DNA of 64,000 bases. It comes from an uncultured Planctomycetales bacterium (lineage in GTDB: Bacteria > Planctomycetota > Phycisphaerae > UBA1845 > JAFGLZ01). Position 1 is the first letter of the stretch. Every line of letters starts with the position of its first letter. The notes under the pieces were generated by a model, which saw only the letters and a list, made by a program, of their open reading frames with translations, was not told where the DNA came from and made no database searches. The stretch is taken from assembly GCA_964596165.1 (NCBI GenBank), contig CAZQTW010000031.1:3924-67923 (forward strand), written 5' to 3'. Of this stretch, positions 9,529-18,611 are shown piece after piece. The position numbers and the translations under genes were made by a program.

Positions 9529-11475
9529 CTACCGCCGGAGTTCGAAGGCCCCCATGTCCGGGGCGACGCCTTGCGGAACGGGCGTGCCTTCGATATCGGC
9601 CTTGATGCCGACATCGGTGCCGGCGTCGACGCACGGCGACCGCGGCGTCAGATGGAAATCCCTTCCGGCCGGATCGACCCACAACGGTTTGGCGACGATC
9701 GAGTTCGGCTCCGTGTTCCACTCGGACTGGTAGGCGCCAAACTGGGCCATGGCGTAACTCTTGCCCTGAATGCTGATCATCGTGCCCTCGGCCTGATACC
9801 AGCAATTGTGGTTCATCGTCAGGGCGTTGATTTGGGCCTTGGTCCAACCCGGGGCGTAAAAGGCGTTGCCTTTGGCCTCGAAGAAGATGTTGTTGCGGAT
9901 CACAAAGTCGCGGATGGCGGCGGGGCTGTTGTAGAAACAGAGGTGCCGTCCGCTCGGGTCGGGCCGTTGGGCATGCCCCCAGCAGTGCCCGGCGTTGTAA
10001 CAGGTGTTGTTCTCGAAGCGAATGTGGTGGGTCTCCGAGTCCTCCGGGCGATTCCAATACTCAAAGGAGTACTCACAATTCCAGATGACGTTGTTGCGAT
10101 ACGTGATGTTGTACTGCCGGGTATGGGGTCCGCTGCTTTGGTGAGTGAGGGCCGCGTCATAGATTTCCCACAACCGACATCGCTCGACGAGACAATCGTG
10201 AGCGTTGGCCCAGAACTCGATGCCGTTGCCGAATCGGACGGTCTTGTCGCCGCCCATCTGGTTGGCCCCGCCGATGAAAGACAGGTCACAGTCGCGCACG
10301 ATGATATGATGCGTATTCGCCCCGCCGATGCCGTGCGCGCCGCCGTATTTTAGCGCGAGGTTCTCGTAAATGACGTAACTGCGGTTGCTCTCGTCGATGA
10401 TATGGGCATGAAGCGCGCATTCGATGTCGGAATAATGGGAGCCGGGATTCCCGGCTGAGTACAGTCTGACGAGATGCCGCTCCTGGTCGTACCAGAACCT
10501 GCCCTGTGCGGTGAGGTCCGATTCCTTGAACACTTTGACCCCACACGAGGCCTCTTTGTCGAAGATCAGATTGCCTACATCGCAGGGGATCAGGCCCTCG
10601 CCGTCGCACGCGGCGAAACTCAGGCTGTCGATGTGAAGTGTCGAACCGGCGGGCAGGCTTCCGCCCAAACAGAAGTCCAGCCGCGCGTCGTCGGCCGAAA
10701 TGGTGGTCCGGTAGTAACTGCTGTAGGTTCGCCACGTCCGGTCGACGCGATGCCGCCGCGGCCACGAGACCGAACCATAGCTGTCCCACGGCGGACCGTT
10801 CTTAATCAACACGGGCGGATGGAGGTCGAACGGCGTGGTGCACTTGGCGCGAAAGGTCAGCCGGTACCACGAGCCGCCGGCCACTCGAAGCGGGCCCGTG
10901 TAGAACTGGATGTCCGAGGCGGCCTTACCGTTCGACATGCAGCGCATGCGATACGCGGCGGGCGGAGAGTCAGGCTCCGAGGTATCGCGCGCGCCGTCAG
11001 CCGAGGCGCCATGTTCGTAGTACAGGCCCCAACCCGACGCATCCGTCGAGAAGCTGGGGTTGGCGAGTTGTTCGGCGCCGACCTTCGGGTTAGGCTCGAG
11101 AGTCGACCAGATATTCCGCCCCTCGTCTCTCCAATCGCCCGGCCGGCTCTTCTTGATCGAGCCCAGCAGAACGGGCTTGTCCCCGACGCCGTACGCCCCA
11201 TAGGTGATGTATCCGGACGAATCGCCGCTGCGAGGGACCAGTTGACCGCGCCACGCGTCACCCCGGCGAAACAGGACTGTGTCGCCCGGTTTGAGCGGCG
11301 CGGTGTTCACCCGGGCCATGGTCTGCCAGGCCGTCGCCGGGGTCTTCCCGTCCGCGACATCCGACCCCTGACTTGAAACGTAGTAGGTTGTCGCGAACGC
11401 GGAGACCGAGACAAAGCCAGCGATCGTCAACACCGCAAAGGAAACGTCCGCAACCGCACTGCATTTGTTTAGCAT
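9529..11475 (-). CDS. Secreted right-handed parallel beta-helix protein (pectate-lyase-fold) with an inserted CBM-like module
   Basis: ORF 9529..11685. The ATG at 11475 gives a signal-like N-terminus (MLNKCSAVADVSFAVLTIAGFVSVSAFA) and avoids overlap with the upstream gene. TYYVSSQGSD..DGKTPATAW, repeated beta-helix turns, and C-terminal APDMGAFE. Confidence 0.7.
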   Translation of the reverse strand: MLNKCSAVADVSFAVLTIAGFVSVSAFATTYYVSSQGSDVADGKTPATAWQTMARVNTAPLKPGDTVLFRRGDAWRGQLVPRSGDSSGYITYGAYGVGDKPVLLGSIKKSRPGDWRDEGRNIWSTLEPNPKVGAEQLANPSFSTDASGWGLYYEHGASADGARDTSEPDSPPAAYRMRCMSNGKAASDIQFYTGPLRVAGGSWYRLTFRAKCTTPFDLHPPVLIKNGPPWDSYGSVSWPRRHRVDRTWRTYSSYYRTTISADDARLDFCLGGSLPAGSTLHIDSLSFAACDGEGLIPCDVGNLIFDKEASCGVKVFKESDLTAQGRFWYDQERHLVRLYSAGNPGSHYSDIECALHAHIIDESNRSYVIYENLALKYGGAHGIGGANTHHIIVRDCDLSFIGGANQMGGDKTVRFGNGIEFWANAHDCLVERCRLWEIYDAALTHQSSGPHTRQYNITYRNNVIWNCEYSFEYWNRPEDSETHHIRFENNTCYNAGHCWGHAQRPDPSGRHLCFYNSPAAIRDFVIRNNIFFEAKGNAFYAPGWTKAQINALTMNHNCWYQAEGTMISIQGKSYAMAQFGAYQSEWNTEPNSIVAKPLWVDPAGRDFHLTPRSPCVDAGTDVGIKADIEGTPVPQGVAPDMGAFELRR

Positions 11476-11543
11476 CAGGATCGCTCCGATAACCACGGGG
11501 GTCGGACTCCGACGGACCGCCCCCGAATCCTGCGAACTCCGCG

Positions 11544-12314
11544 TCAGTCGTCTTGCACCTCCAGCCGTAGCCCGTCGTACGCCAGCTCCATCCCCGGCGG
11601 CAGTTCGCGACTCGTTCGTTCGTGGAGGATCTCGTGGGCGATGTGCGTAAAGAGCGTTCGCCGGGCGCCGATGCGGCGGGCGCATTCGATCGCCTGCTCC
11701 AGGTTGAAGTGCGTCGGATGGGGGCGATATCGCAGCGCATCGAGCGCAAGGACGTCCAGGTCTTGCAGCAATTGCATGGACGCTTCCGGTACCGCACTAC
11801 AATCGGTGCAGTAGGCGAACCGGTCAAACCGAAATCCGAGTATGGACATCCGCCCGTGCCACAGAGGGATCGGTGTGATCCGCTTGCCGAAGAGGTCAAA
11901 AGCCCCGTCGATGACCCGCCCGACGAGATTCGGCTTCGCACTGGGGTATTCGGGATCGAACGAGAAGGCATACGCAAACATCCGGCGGAGGTGGTCCAGC
12001 GTGTCCGGCATCGCATAACACTCGAGCGCGCGAGCATGAATCCAATTGAATCGGCGGAGATCGTCGAGTCCGACGATGTGATCGGCGTGGTGATGCGTGA
12101 ATAGCACGGCATCGCACGTTCGGATATTGTTGGCGATGCACTGCAGGCGGAGTTCGGGCGTGGTGTCGATCAGGATGGAGCGACCGCCGTATTCCACCGC
12201 GAGGCTGACGCGCGTTCGCCTGTCGCGCGGGTCGGCCGAGGTGCAGACCTCGCAGTCGCACCCGATCATGGGCACGCCGTGCGAAGTGCCGGTCCCAAGG
12301 AAGATAACGTTCAC
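11544..12314 (-). CDS. MBL-fold metallo-hydrolase (PhnP-like)
   Basis: 256 aa. MNVIFLGTGTSHGVP...C.C..C and HHHADH metal-binding motifs. Confidence 0.8.
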   Translation of the reverse strand: MNVIFLGTGTSHGVPMIGCDCEVCTSADPRDRRTRVSLAVEYGGRSILIDTTPELRLQCIANNIRTCDAVLFTHHHADHIVGLDDLRRFNWIHARALECYAMPDTLDHLRRMFAYAFSFDPEYPSAKPNLVGRVIDGAFDLFGKRITPIPLWHGRMSILGFRFDRFAYCTDCSAVPEASMQLLQDLDVLALDALRYRPHPTHFNLEQAIECARRIGARRTLFTHIAHEILHERTSRELPPGMELAYDGLRLEVQDD

Positions 12315-12473
12315 GGACAGTAGTGTGACCGGAACGACGCGGTGTTTCCAGTCTCCCGACCGCCCGCCGCGTCCGCCTCGGGTTCGTGCGTGGAAGGGTA
12401 CCGGCGGATCGACAGACCCGCTAATCGTTGGGGCCGGCTAGGGCTCGCTTCAGGACCCCGATGAGCAAATATC

Positions 12474-12491
12474 GAGAGGCGTGTTTCTCTC
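12474..12491 (-). terminator. Weak candidate hairpin just downstream of the PqaA-like paralog 1 stop
   Basis: GAGAG (12474-12478) and CTCTC (12487-12491) arms with an 8-nt loop. On the minus strand it is followed by GATATTTGCT. The stem is short. Confidence 0.2.
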
Positions 12492-12499
12492 CAATCGTG

Positions 12500-14206
12500 C
12501 TATCCGCGCCGGTGCGACAGCTTCAGACCGATAAGCAAAACGGCCGTCGAGACAAGCGTTGCCAACGGCAGTCCACTGCTGCATTTGAAGACGGCCGTCA
12601 CATGACGATTCGATGTCATCGCGAGCGTCAACACGCTGTTTGCGTCAAAGACGGCATGGTTCGCGTCGCCCGGGTAATTCGGATCATAGATCTCCCAATG
12701 TCCGAAATACCTGCCCTGGATGGGCGTGGCCGTCAACGTCACGATGTCGTCGGGCCGATAGTACCGCGGCCAGTTTGGATCGACCTCGACCACCCGTCCC
12801 CATTGGGGGTTCGTAACGTCGACGTTCAAAACCGACTCCTTCGGCACGACGCGAACGGCGGTCGAAAAGCGGAACGGCGTCGCCCCGCCGCTCGGAAAGG
12901 TCAGTTCGATGTAGAAGGCCGTCCACCCCGTCGGCGGCGTTGGCACTTGACCGATGTACACCCCGCCGCCCTGATCGGTTAGAGTCGTGCTGGTGTACGC
13001 CGCTCCGATGATTTCCTTTCGGAAGTCGCGGGCGGTCGGGTTGGTCGCTTTCCAGAGCGTGACGGTTGTCGGCGTCGTCACCGTCTGCACACGGATCGAG
13101 CCGTCCGGCTGGAACGTCCACGAAAACTGCGGACGGGGCGTGCCGTTCAGGATCGCCTGATAGAACGTCCGGACGTTATCGGAGACATATCCGTTGAGGC
13201 TGTGATCGGTATTCGGGACGTAGTAGACGTATTTCTCGCCCGGCAGGTCGCTGAAGTAGAACTGCGAGGAATCGGGCAGGAAGAACTGATCGCCGCTGGC
13301 GTTAATGAGATACTTCGGCATCGTGTAGCGTGCGAGGTACGTGTACGGGTCCTCGATCACCATCAGCGCATCGAGTTGCGGCGTCCCAAACCACCCCATG
13401 ATGTTCATGTCCACATAGTCGCCGACCGCCGGTGCCCAGAAGCCGTATGCGGCGTAGTGGTGCGTCATGGACTGCACCACGTTCAGGATGTCGATCACCA
13501 TCGGGATGATCCCGATGACCCGCGAGTCGACGGCGGCGGTCGTCCAGGTCGTCCAGCCGCGTTTCGAGGCGCCGGCAACCACGAAGCCGTTGATGTGGTG
13601 GCCCCCCGGCAACGTCGGCACATAGGCCTGTACCGTGTCCATCGCGCGGACGGCCGCCTTGGTCATCGGCAGCCGCGCCGGCCACCAGTCGTCGCCCCCG
13701 CGAAGGTACTTGTCCCAGGTGTAGGCGATCAACTCATCTTCCACCCGCCCGCCGGCGACGTAACGGGGATCGGACTCGTCCGTGAACTTGAGGGGTTGGT
13801 TGGGGATCATCTTCAGGTCGGCGACAATGGAGTTCGTGCCCGTGGCAATGTTGCGAAGGTTCGTGTCGACACTGGTCGGCGCCGAACCGCCGTTGCTTCC
13901 CCCGTTGATGAAGAGCAACGCCTTGTCGCTGCTGACCGTGGACGGCTTGATGATCGTCAGCCAGTGCTGCCAGAGCGTACGATCGACCTCGGTCGGCGAT
14001 CGCCAGACCTGCGACTTGAGGTCCAACACATAGCCCGTATAGCCCGAGCCGGTGATCGTCCGGGCGAGACTGTACGTGTAGTTTGCATCCGGCGCGGCGA
14101 CGTAATCGTCCAGTGCGGTCCCGGAGGCCCCGGCGGATAGACCGCCCACGACAACGCCGAATACCAACGAGCCGACGATTCCCCCGGCGTGAGAGAAAAG
14201 AGACAT
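12500..14206 (-). CDS. PhoPQ-activated pathogenicity-related (PqaA-like) alpha/beta-hydrolase, paralog 1, with C-terminal InlB-B-repeat-like domain and C-terminal anchor-like tail
   Basis: 568 aa. GGAGG lies 8 nt upstream of the ATG at 14206. Signal-like N-terminus; GASKRGWTTW nucleophile-elbow-like motif; LTATPIQGRYFGHWEI; tail FKCSSGLPLATLVSTAVLLIGLKLSHRRG. Confidence 0.75.
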   Translation of the reverse strand: MSLFSHAGGIVGSLVFGVVVGGLSAGASGTALDDYVAAPDANYTYSLARTITGSGYTGYVLDLKSQVWRSPTEVDRTLWQHWLTIIKPSTVSSDKALLFINGGSNGGSAPTSVDTNLRNIATGTNSIVADLKMIPNQPLKFTDESDPRYVAGGRVEDELIAYTWDKYLRGGDDWWPARLPMTKAAVRAMDTVQAYVPTLPGGHHINGFVVAGASKRGWTTWTTAAVDSRVIGIIPMVIDILNVVQSMTHHYAAYGFWAPAVGDYVDMNIMGWFGTPQLDALMVIEDPYTYLARYTMPKYLINASGDQFFLPDSSQFYFSDLPGEKYVYYVPNTDHSLNGYVSDNVRTFYQAILNGTPRPQFSWTFQPDGSIRVQTVTTPTTVTLWKATNPTARDFRKEIIGAAYTSTTLTDQGGGVYIGQVPTPPTGWTAFYIELTFPSGGATPFRFSTAVRVVPKESVLNVDVTNPQWGRVVEVDPNWPRYYRPDDIVTLTATPIQGRYFGHWEIYDPNYPGDANHAVFDANSVLTLAMTSNRHVTAVFKCSSGLPLATLVSTAVLLIGLKLSHRRG

Positions 14207-14330
14207 GTTCGTATTCCTCCTCGGATAGGTCCTTTCATTGTACTCATCCGCCTGGGGAAATGCCTACTCCCTTTCGACGGTGAGCGAAATGGCGAGGTTC
14301 GTCGGCGGGGGCGGTCGTCGAGACGGCACA

Positions 14331-16028
14331 CTACCGGCGCCGGAGCAAGAACTTCAGCATCAGCAAGGCCGCCATCGACAGAAGGAGTGCAAGCGGCAGA
14401 CCGCTGCTGCACCGAAACACGGCCGTCACCTCGCGATGGGTGTCCATTCGAAGCGAGATCGAACTGTTGGCGTCGATCGTGGCGTAGTTCGAATCGTCGG
14501 GGTGGTTGGGATCGTCGATCTCCCAATGTCCGAAGTACCTGCCCTGGATGGGCGTGGCCGTCAACATCACGATCGTGTTCGGATCGTAGTACTTCGGCAG
14601 GTTCGGCTCGACCTCGACGCTCCCCCAGATCTCGTTGACGAGACTAAGCTCCAGCGAGGTCGGCTCGGGCAGTATTCTCACCTGGGTGCTGAACTTATAG
14701 GGAAACAGCGTCCCACTGGCGAAGTGGAGTTCGACGAAAAACGCGGTGAACCCCTGGGACGGTCGTGGGACTTGCGCTACGTACACACCGCCGCCCTGGT
14801 CGGTGAGCGTCGTGCTGGTCCAGGCGGCGCCGATAGTCTCGAGGCGAAAGTCCCGCCCATTGGGATTGGTGGCCTGCCACAGACGGACCAGACCGGGCGT
14901 GTCCACCGTCTGTACGCGAATCGAACCATCCTGCTCGAGGGTCCACGTGAATTGCGGCCGCTGCGAATCATTGATGATCGACAGGACGTAGGGTGCCAGG
15001 GCAAATCCCACGTCCTCCTCCATGCCGGACATTCCATGATCGGTGTTCTGAACGTATCGAAGGTGTTTCTCGCCCGGCAAGTCATCCCAGTAGAACTGGG
15101 AGGATTCCGGGAAGAAGAACTCGTCGCCGCTGGCGTTGATAGCGTACTTGGGCATCGTGTACCGTGATCGGTACACATAGGGATCCACAATGTTCATCAG
15201 GGCTGTCAGTTGGGGCGTGCCAACCCAATTCATGATGCCCATGTCCGTATAGTCATGCACAGCCGGGGGGTAGAATCCGTATGAGTTGTAGGCATTGAGC
15301 AGGCATTTTTCCACGTTGAGCACATCGATCACCATCGGAGCAATCGCGATGACGCGAGGATCCACGGCCGCCGTCAACCACGTCGTCCAACCCCGTTTGG
15401 AGGCCCCACCCACCATGAACTGGTTGACCGTGATGGATCCCCCCGTGGGGGTGGCCAAGAAGGCCTGGATGGTGTCCATGCCCCGAACGGCGGCCTTGGT
15501 CATAGGCAACTGGAGCGGCCAAGTCGAATCGCCCGTCCGCAAGAACTTGTCCCACGTGTAGGCAATGATCGCATCTTCCGTGCGGTAGAAGGATTCGTCC
15601 TTGAACTTCAGCGGTTCGTTGGGGATCTGCTTGAGATCTGCGACGATCGTACCGGTGGCGGTGGCGATCATGGCCATCGTCGAGTCCACGGAACTGGGCA
15701 CCGGGCCGCCATTGCTGCCCCCGTCGATGATCATGAGGACCTTGGTACTGGCCAACGTCGTAGGTTTAATGATGGTCAGGTAGTGTTGCCAGAGCACGCG
15801 ATCCACCTCGGCCGTTGTCCGCCAGACCTGGGACTTCATGTCGATAACAAATGCGGTATAGCCGCTCCCGGTGATCGTCCGCCGGAGTCTCCACGTATAG
15901 TTGGGATCCGGCGAGGCGACGTAGTCGTCCAGGGGTGTAGCCGACGCCCTTCCGGCCCCAAGGACCGTCAATGAACTTAAGCTCAGTAACAACAGAGTCT
16001 TATGTGCCGCCCCGAACGACATGTGCAT
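14331..16028 (-). CDS. PqaA-like alpha/beta-hydrolase, paralog 2 (same architecture as 12500..14206)
   Basis: ORF 14331..16103. The ATG at 16028 is preceded by GGAGG and gives MHMSFGAAHKTLLLLSLSSLTVLGAGRASA. Collinear with paralog 1; tail FRCSSGLPLALLLSMAALLMLKFLLRRR. Confidence 0.75.
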   Translation of the reverse strand: MHMSFGAAHKTLLLLSLSSLTVLGAGRASATPLDDYVASPDPNYTWRLRRTITGSGYTAFVIDMKSQVWRTTAEVDRVLWQHYLTIIKPTTLASTKVLMIIDGGSNGGPVPSSVDSTMAMIATATGTIVADLKQIPNEPLKFKDESFYRTEDAIIAYTWDKFLRTGDSTWPLQLPMTKAAVRGMDTIQAFLATPTGGSITVNQFMVGGASKRGWTTWLTAAVDPRVIAIAPMVIDVLNVEKCLLNAYNSYGFYPPAVHDYTDMGIMNWVGTPQLTALMNIVDPYVYRSRYTMPKYAINASGDEFFFPESSQFYWDDLPGEKHLRYVQNTDHGMSGMEEDVGFALAPYVLSIINDSQRPQFTWTLEQDGSIRVQTVDTPGLVRLWQATNPNGRDFRLETIGAAWTSTTLTDQGGGVYVAQVPRPSQGFTAFFVELHFASGTLFPYKFSTQVRILPEPTSLELSLVNEIWGSVEVEPNLPKYYDPNTIVMLTATPIQGRYFGHWEIDDPNHPDDSNYATIDANSSISLRMDTHREVTAVFRCSSGLPLALLLSMAALLMLKFLLRRR

Positions 16029-16298
16029 TGCAGTTCCTCCCCGTAGGTTGTTCTGCTGACATAGACAACGCTGCCACCACGGGTTTATTGCCCCTTGGGG
16101 CAAGGGCGAGAATAACTCGGTCCGTGTCGCGGGAGTCCGGCTCCCTCGGCGAACGCGGTAAGGCGGTCAACGTGACACGCTCCCCGCAAGCACACGGAGC
16201 ACTGGGTCTGAACAAGATGCGGGCGAGTTCCGCTTGAAATCGAGCGGCCGCGCAACTAAACTGATGGGTCTATCTAGTTACCGAAGGAGAGGCTTGCT

Positions 16299-16487
16299 AT
16301 GCCAAAGCAGAAGACCCACAAAGGTCTGGCCAAGCGAGTGAAGGTGACGGCACGGGGCAAGGTGCTCCGTAAACGCGTGGGCGGTGGTCACTTGCTCAGC
16401 GGCAAGAGCGGCAAGCGGCGTCGCCGGATTCGCAAACCGGCACTCATGGTTCCGACCGACGCCAAGAGGGCCTTGGAAAGACTGTAG
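16299..16487 (+). CDS. rpmI: 50S ribosomal protein L35
   Basis: 62 aa, MPKQKTHKGLAKRVKVTARGKVLRKR.GGGHLL. AAGGAGAG RBS upstream. Confidence 0.93.
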   Translation: MPKQKTHKGLAKRVKVTARGKVLRKRVGGGHLLSGKSGKRRRRIRKPALMVPTDAKRALERL

Positions 16488-16505
16488 TCAGAGAAGGAGC
16501 ATGTC

Positions 16506-16871
16506 ATGCCCCGGGCACGCAAGGGCGCAGCTCGACATCAACGCAAGAAACGTATTCTCAAGAGGGCGAAAGGCTATCGAAGCGTTCGCAGCAAACTGTG
16601 GCGGATTGCCCGTGAGGCGGTCGTCCACGCGGGCGTCAACGCTCGACGGGACCGTCGCCGCAAGAAACGGGAGTACCGGAGCCTGTGGATCATCCGCCTC
16701 ACGGCGGCATGCGAACAGCGTGGCCTGACCTACAGTCGCCTGATCGGCGGACTGAGGAAGGCAAACATCGCTCTGAATCGTAAGATGCTGAGCGAGCTGG
16801 CCATTCATGATCCCGCCGCTTTTGATGCCGTTGTTGCACTGGTTCGACGGGCCGGCGAACAAGCCGCCTGA
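16506..16871 (+). CDS. rplT: 50S ribosomal protein L20
   Basis: 121 aa, MPRARKGAARHQRKKRILKRAKGYRS....L.R.A.EAV.HA..NA.RDRR.KKR.YRSLWI.R..AA. Confidence 0.93.
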   Translation: MPRARKGAARHQRKKRILKRAKGYRSVRSKLWRIAREAVVHAGVNARRDRRRKKREYRSLWIIRLTAACEQRGLTYSRLIGGLRKANIALNRKMLSELAIHDPAAFDAVVALVRRAGEQAA

Positions 16872-16894
16872 TCTTGCGCAGACGCGATACATTG

Positions 16895-16935
16895 CCTCCC
16901 AAGGTTCCTTCCGGGATCTTGGGAGGTTCTCTTTC
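16895..16935 (+). terminator. Intrinsic terminator of the rpmI-rplT operon
   Basis: Perfect 9-bp stem CCTCCCAAG (16895-16903) / CTTGGGAGG (16918-16926) with a 14-nt loop, followed by TTCTCTTTC. It starts 24 nt after the rplT stop. Confidence 0.7.
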
Positions 16936-17306
16936 GCGGCCGGCCAACCATGATGGGCTTCGGTGTGAGTGTTATGGGACGCCGACCCATCGCCTCGCCG
17001 CGTCCGATAGGCGTGGGCCAAAGACAAGCTCGCGGAAATTGCCCATCGACTGCCACTTATATTGTAGATTGACATAGCGTGACGCACGATGCGCGGTCGG
17101 TGAGGCCGCACGTGACTTCGCGTCGTCGACGAATCACCGCGAATCGTGCGGCGGCAGTGCTCGATGCCACGAGCGGCCCGTGGCGCCGGCGATCCGCCGA
17201 TAGGAGAGGTAGTCCGTCGATGCCCGCATGTAGTCCCTCATCCGACGTCAAGCGGTCCCTTCCCCCGGCGTTGAACACGGTGCGAGCGGCGGGGTCGGCA
17301 ACCGTC

Positions 17307-17642
17307 ATGGCCGGCGTACTGACGCTATGCTACGCCGTCGCGTTTGCCGCGCTCACGCCGATGCCGCTGAACGTGCTGGAATTCGCGCTCAGCCTGATCG
17401 TCGGTCTGGGTTTGATCGCGACGGGCGTGGGAACACTGCGAATTCATCATCGCAGCCTGTGGGTTACGCTGGTGTTGACGGCCGTCGTGTTGGCGATCCA
17501 GCTCTGGGCCGCCTACGGCGGCGGAAGGTCGCCGAGCCAGGCGAGTCTTTCGGTCTACCTGCTGACCGTTCCCCTCGTCGTGCTGATCACGAACACACTG
17601 GCCATCGGTGCGGTGCGAACGCTGAAGCCCAAGAATGCGTGA
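17307..17642 (+). CDS. Small hypothetical membrane protein (3-4 TM)
   Basis: ORF 17079..17642. The Arg-rich N-terminal extension looks non-coding. From the ATG at 17307 the product is hydrophobic (MAGVLTLCYAVAFAALTPMPLNVLEFALSLIVGLGLIATG...). Confidence 0.45.
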   Translation: MAGVLTLCYAVAFAALTPMPLNVLEFALSLIVGLGLIATGVGTLRIHHRSLWVTLVLTAVVLAIQLWAAYGGGRSPSQASLSVYLLTVPLVVLITNTLAIGAVRTLKPKNA

Positions 17643-17658
17643 ACCTCAGCAGGCGGGG

Positions 17659-18594
17659 CTAGTCATATCGCGTTAGTTCGCCGCGGTTGATCCGGTCGAG
17701 AAATCGAACGAGGGCGTACTGCATGGTCATGCAGGGGACGCTCATGCCGGCCGCATGGGCCCGGCGGACCGGTTCGCCCAGAATGGATTCCACTTCCAAC
17801 GGACGTTTCTCCTCATAATCGATCTGCATGCTCGTACGGTAGTGTCCCATGGTCTCGGTGTAGCGAAACATCTTGGTCACGAGAGGCTCGAGATCGATGT
17901 GACACCCGCATGCGTTGCCCGCCTCGATCGTTTCGACCATCAGCGCATGAGCAAGCCGGCGCAGGCCTTCGTCGTCCAGAATGCGCCGCGTGCTCACTCC
18001 GCCCGCCGTCACGCTCAACGTGCTGAACGGTATGTTCCAGGCCAGTTTCTCCCATCGCCCGTTCTTCAGCGAGGCGAGCGGCCGTGTGCTGATGCCGGTC
18101 TGCGCGAACGCGTCGGCGACGCGCGCCACTTCGTTCGGATCGTCCAGAAGGTGTCCGATCAACACATAGCCGTAGTCCAAGTGGTAGACCTGCCCCGGCT
18201 CCCCGCGGTTGCAGCAGACAAAGGCCAATCCCCCCAGGATCCGCCACGGCTCAAACCAGCGGGCGAACTGCTCCTCGACGCCCAACCCGTTCATCAGGGC
18301 AAGAATCCGTGTTTGGGGGCCGACGCAAGGCCGAATCAGCGACTCCACTTCGTTCAGCGCCGTCGTCTTGACCGCACAGACCACCAGGTCGACGGGCCCG
18401 ATGTCTTCCGACCGCCGGTAACACTGGACAGGGGCGAGTCGAAAGTCACCGTCGCAACTATGAATGGTCAGGCCGTTCGATCGGACGGCTTCGTAGTCCC
18501 GACGCATCAAGAAATGGACATCGTGCCCGACCCGGGCAAGCCGAGCACCGTAGAAACAGCCGACCGCACCGCTCCCGATTACCGCTATCCGCAT
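17659..18594 (-). CDS. panE: 2-dehydropantoate 2-reductase (ApbA/PanE family)
   Basis: ORF 17659..18615. The ATG at 18594 gives MRIAVIGSGAVGCFYGARLA (Rossmann). RWEKLAWN and MQIDYEEKRPLEVESILGE are family motifs. Confidence 0.8.
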   Translation of the reverse strand: MRIAVIGSGAVGCFYGARLARVGHDVHFLMRRDYEAVRSNGLTIHSCDGDFRLAPVQCYRRSEDIGPVDLVVCAVKTTALNEVESLIRPCVGPQTRILALMNGLGVEEQFARWFEPWRILGGLAFVCCNRGEPGQVYHLDYGYVLIGHLLDDPNEVARVADAFAQTGISTRPLASLKNGRWEKLAWNIPFSTLSVTAGGVSTRRILDDEGLRRLAHALMVETIEAGNACGCHIDLEPLVTKMFRYTETMGHYRTSMQIDYEEKRPLEVESILGEPVRRAHAAGMSVPCMTMQYALVRFLDRINRGELTRYD

Positions 18595-18611
18595 ACCCGC
18601 CTGGTCTGCCC

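Noticed and set aside
16120-16240. Faint resemblance to RNase P RNA conserved strings (AGTCCGGCTCC, GCGGTAAGGCGG) upstream of rpmI.
   Set aside because: The available non-coding space (about 195-270 nt) is too short for bacterial RNase P RNA. The universal GAGGAAAGUCC and ACAGAA-type elements are absent. This is probably chance similarity in GC-rich DNA.
16867-16879. 13-nt exact match CCTGATCTTGCGC shared with 31666-31678.
   Set aside because: By my rough estimate, matches of this length are expected many times by chance in a 64-kb window. The flanks are unrelated.
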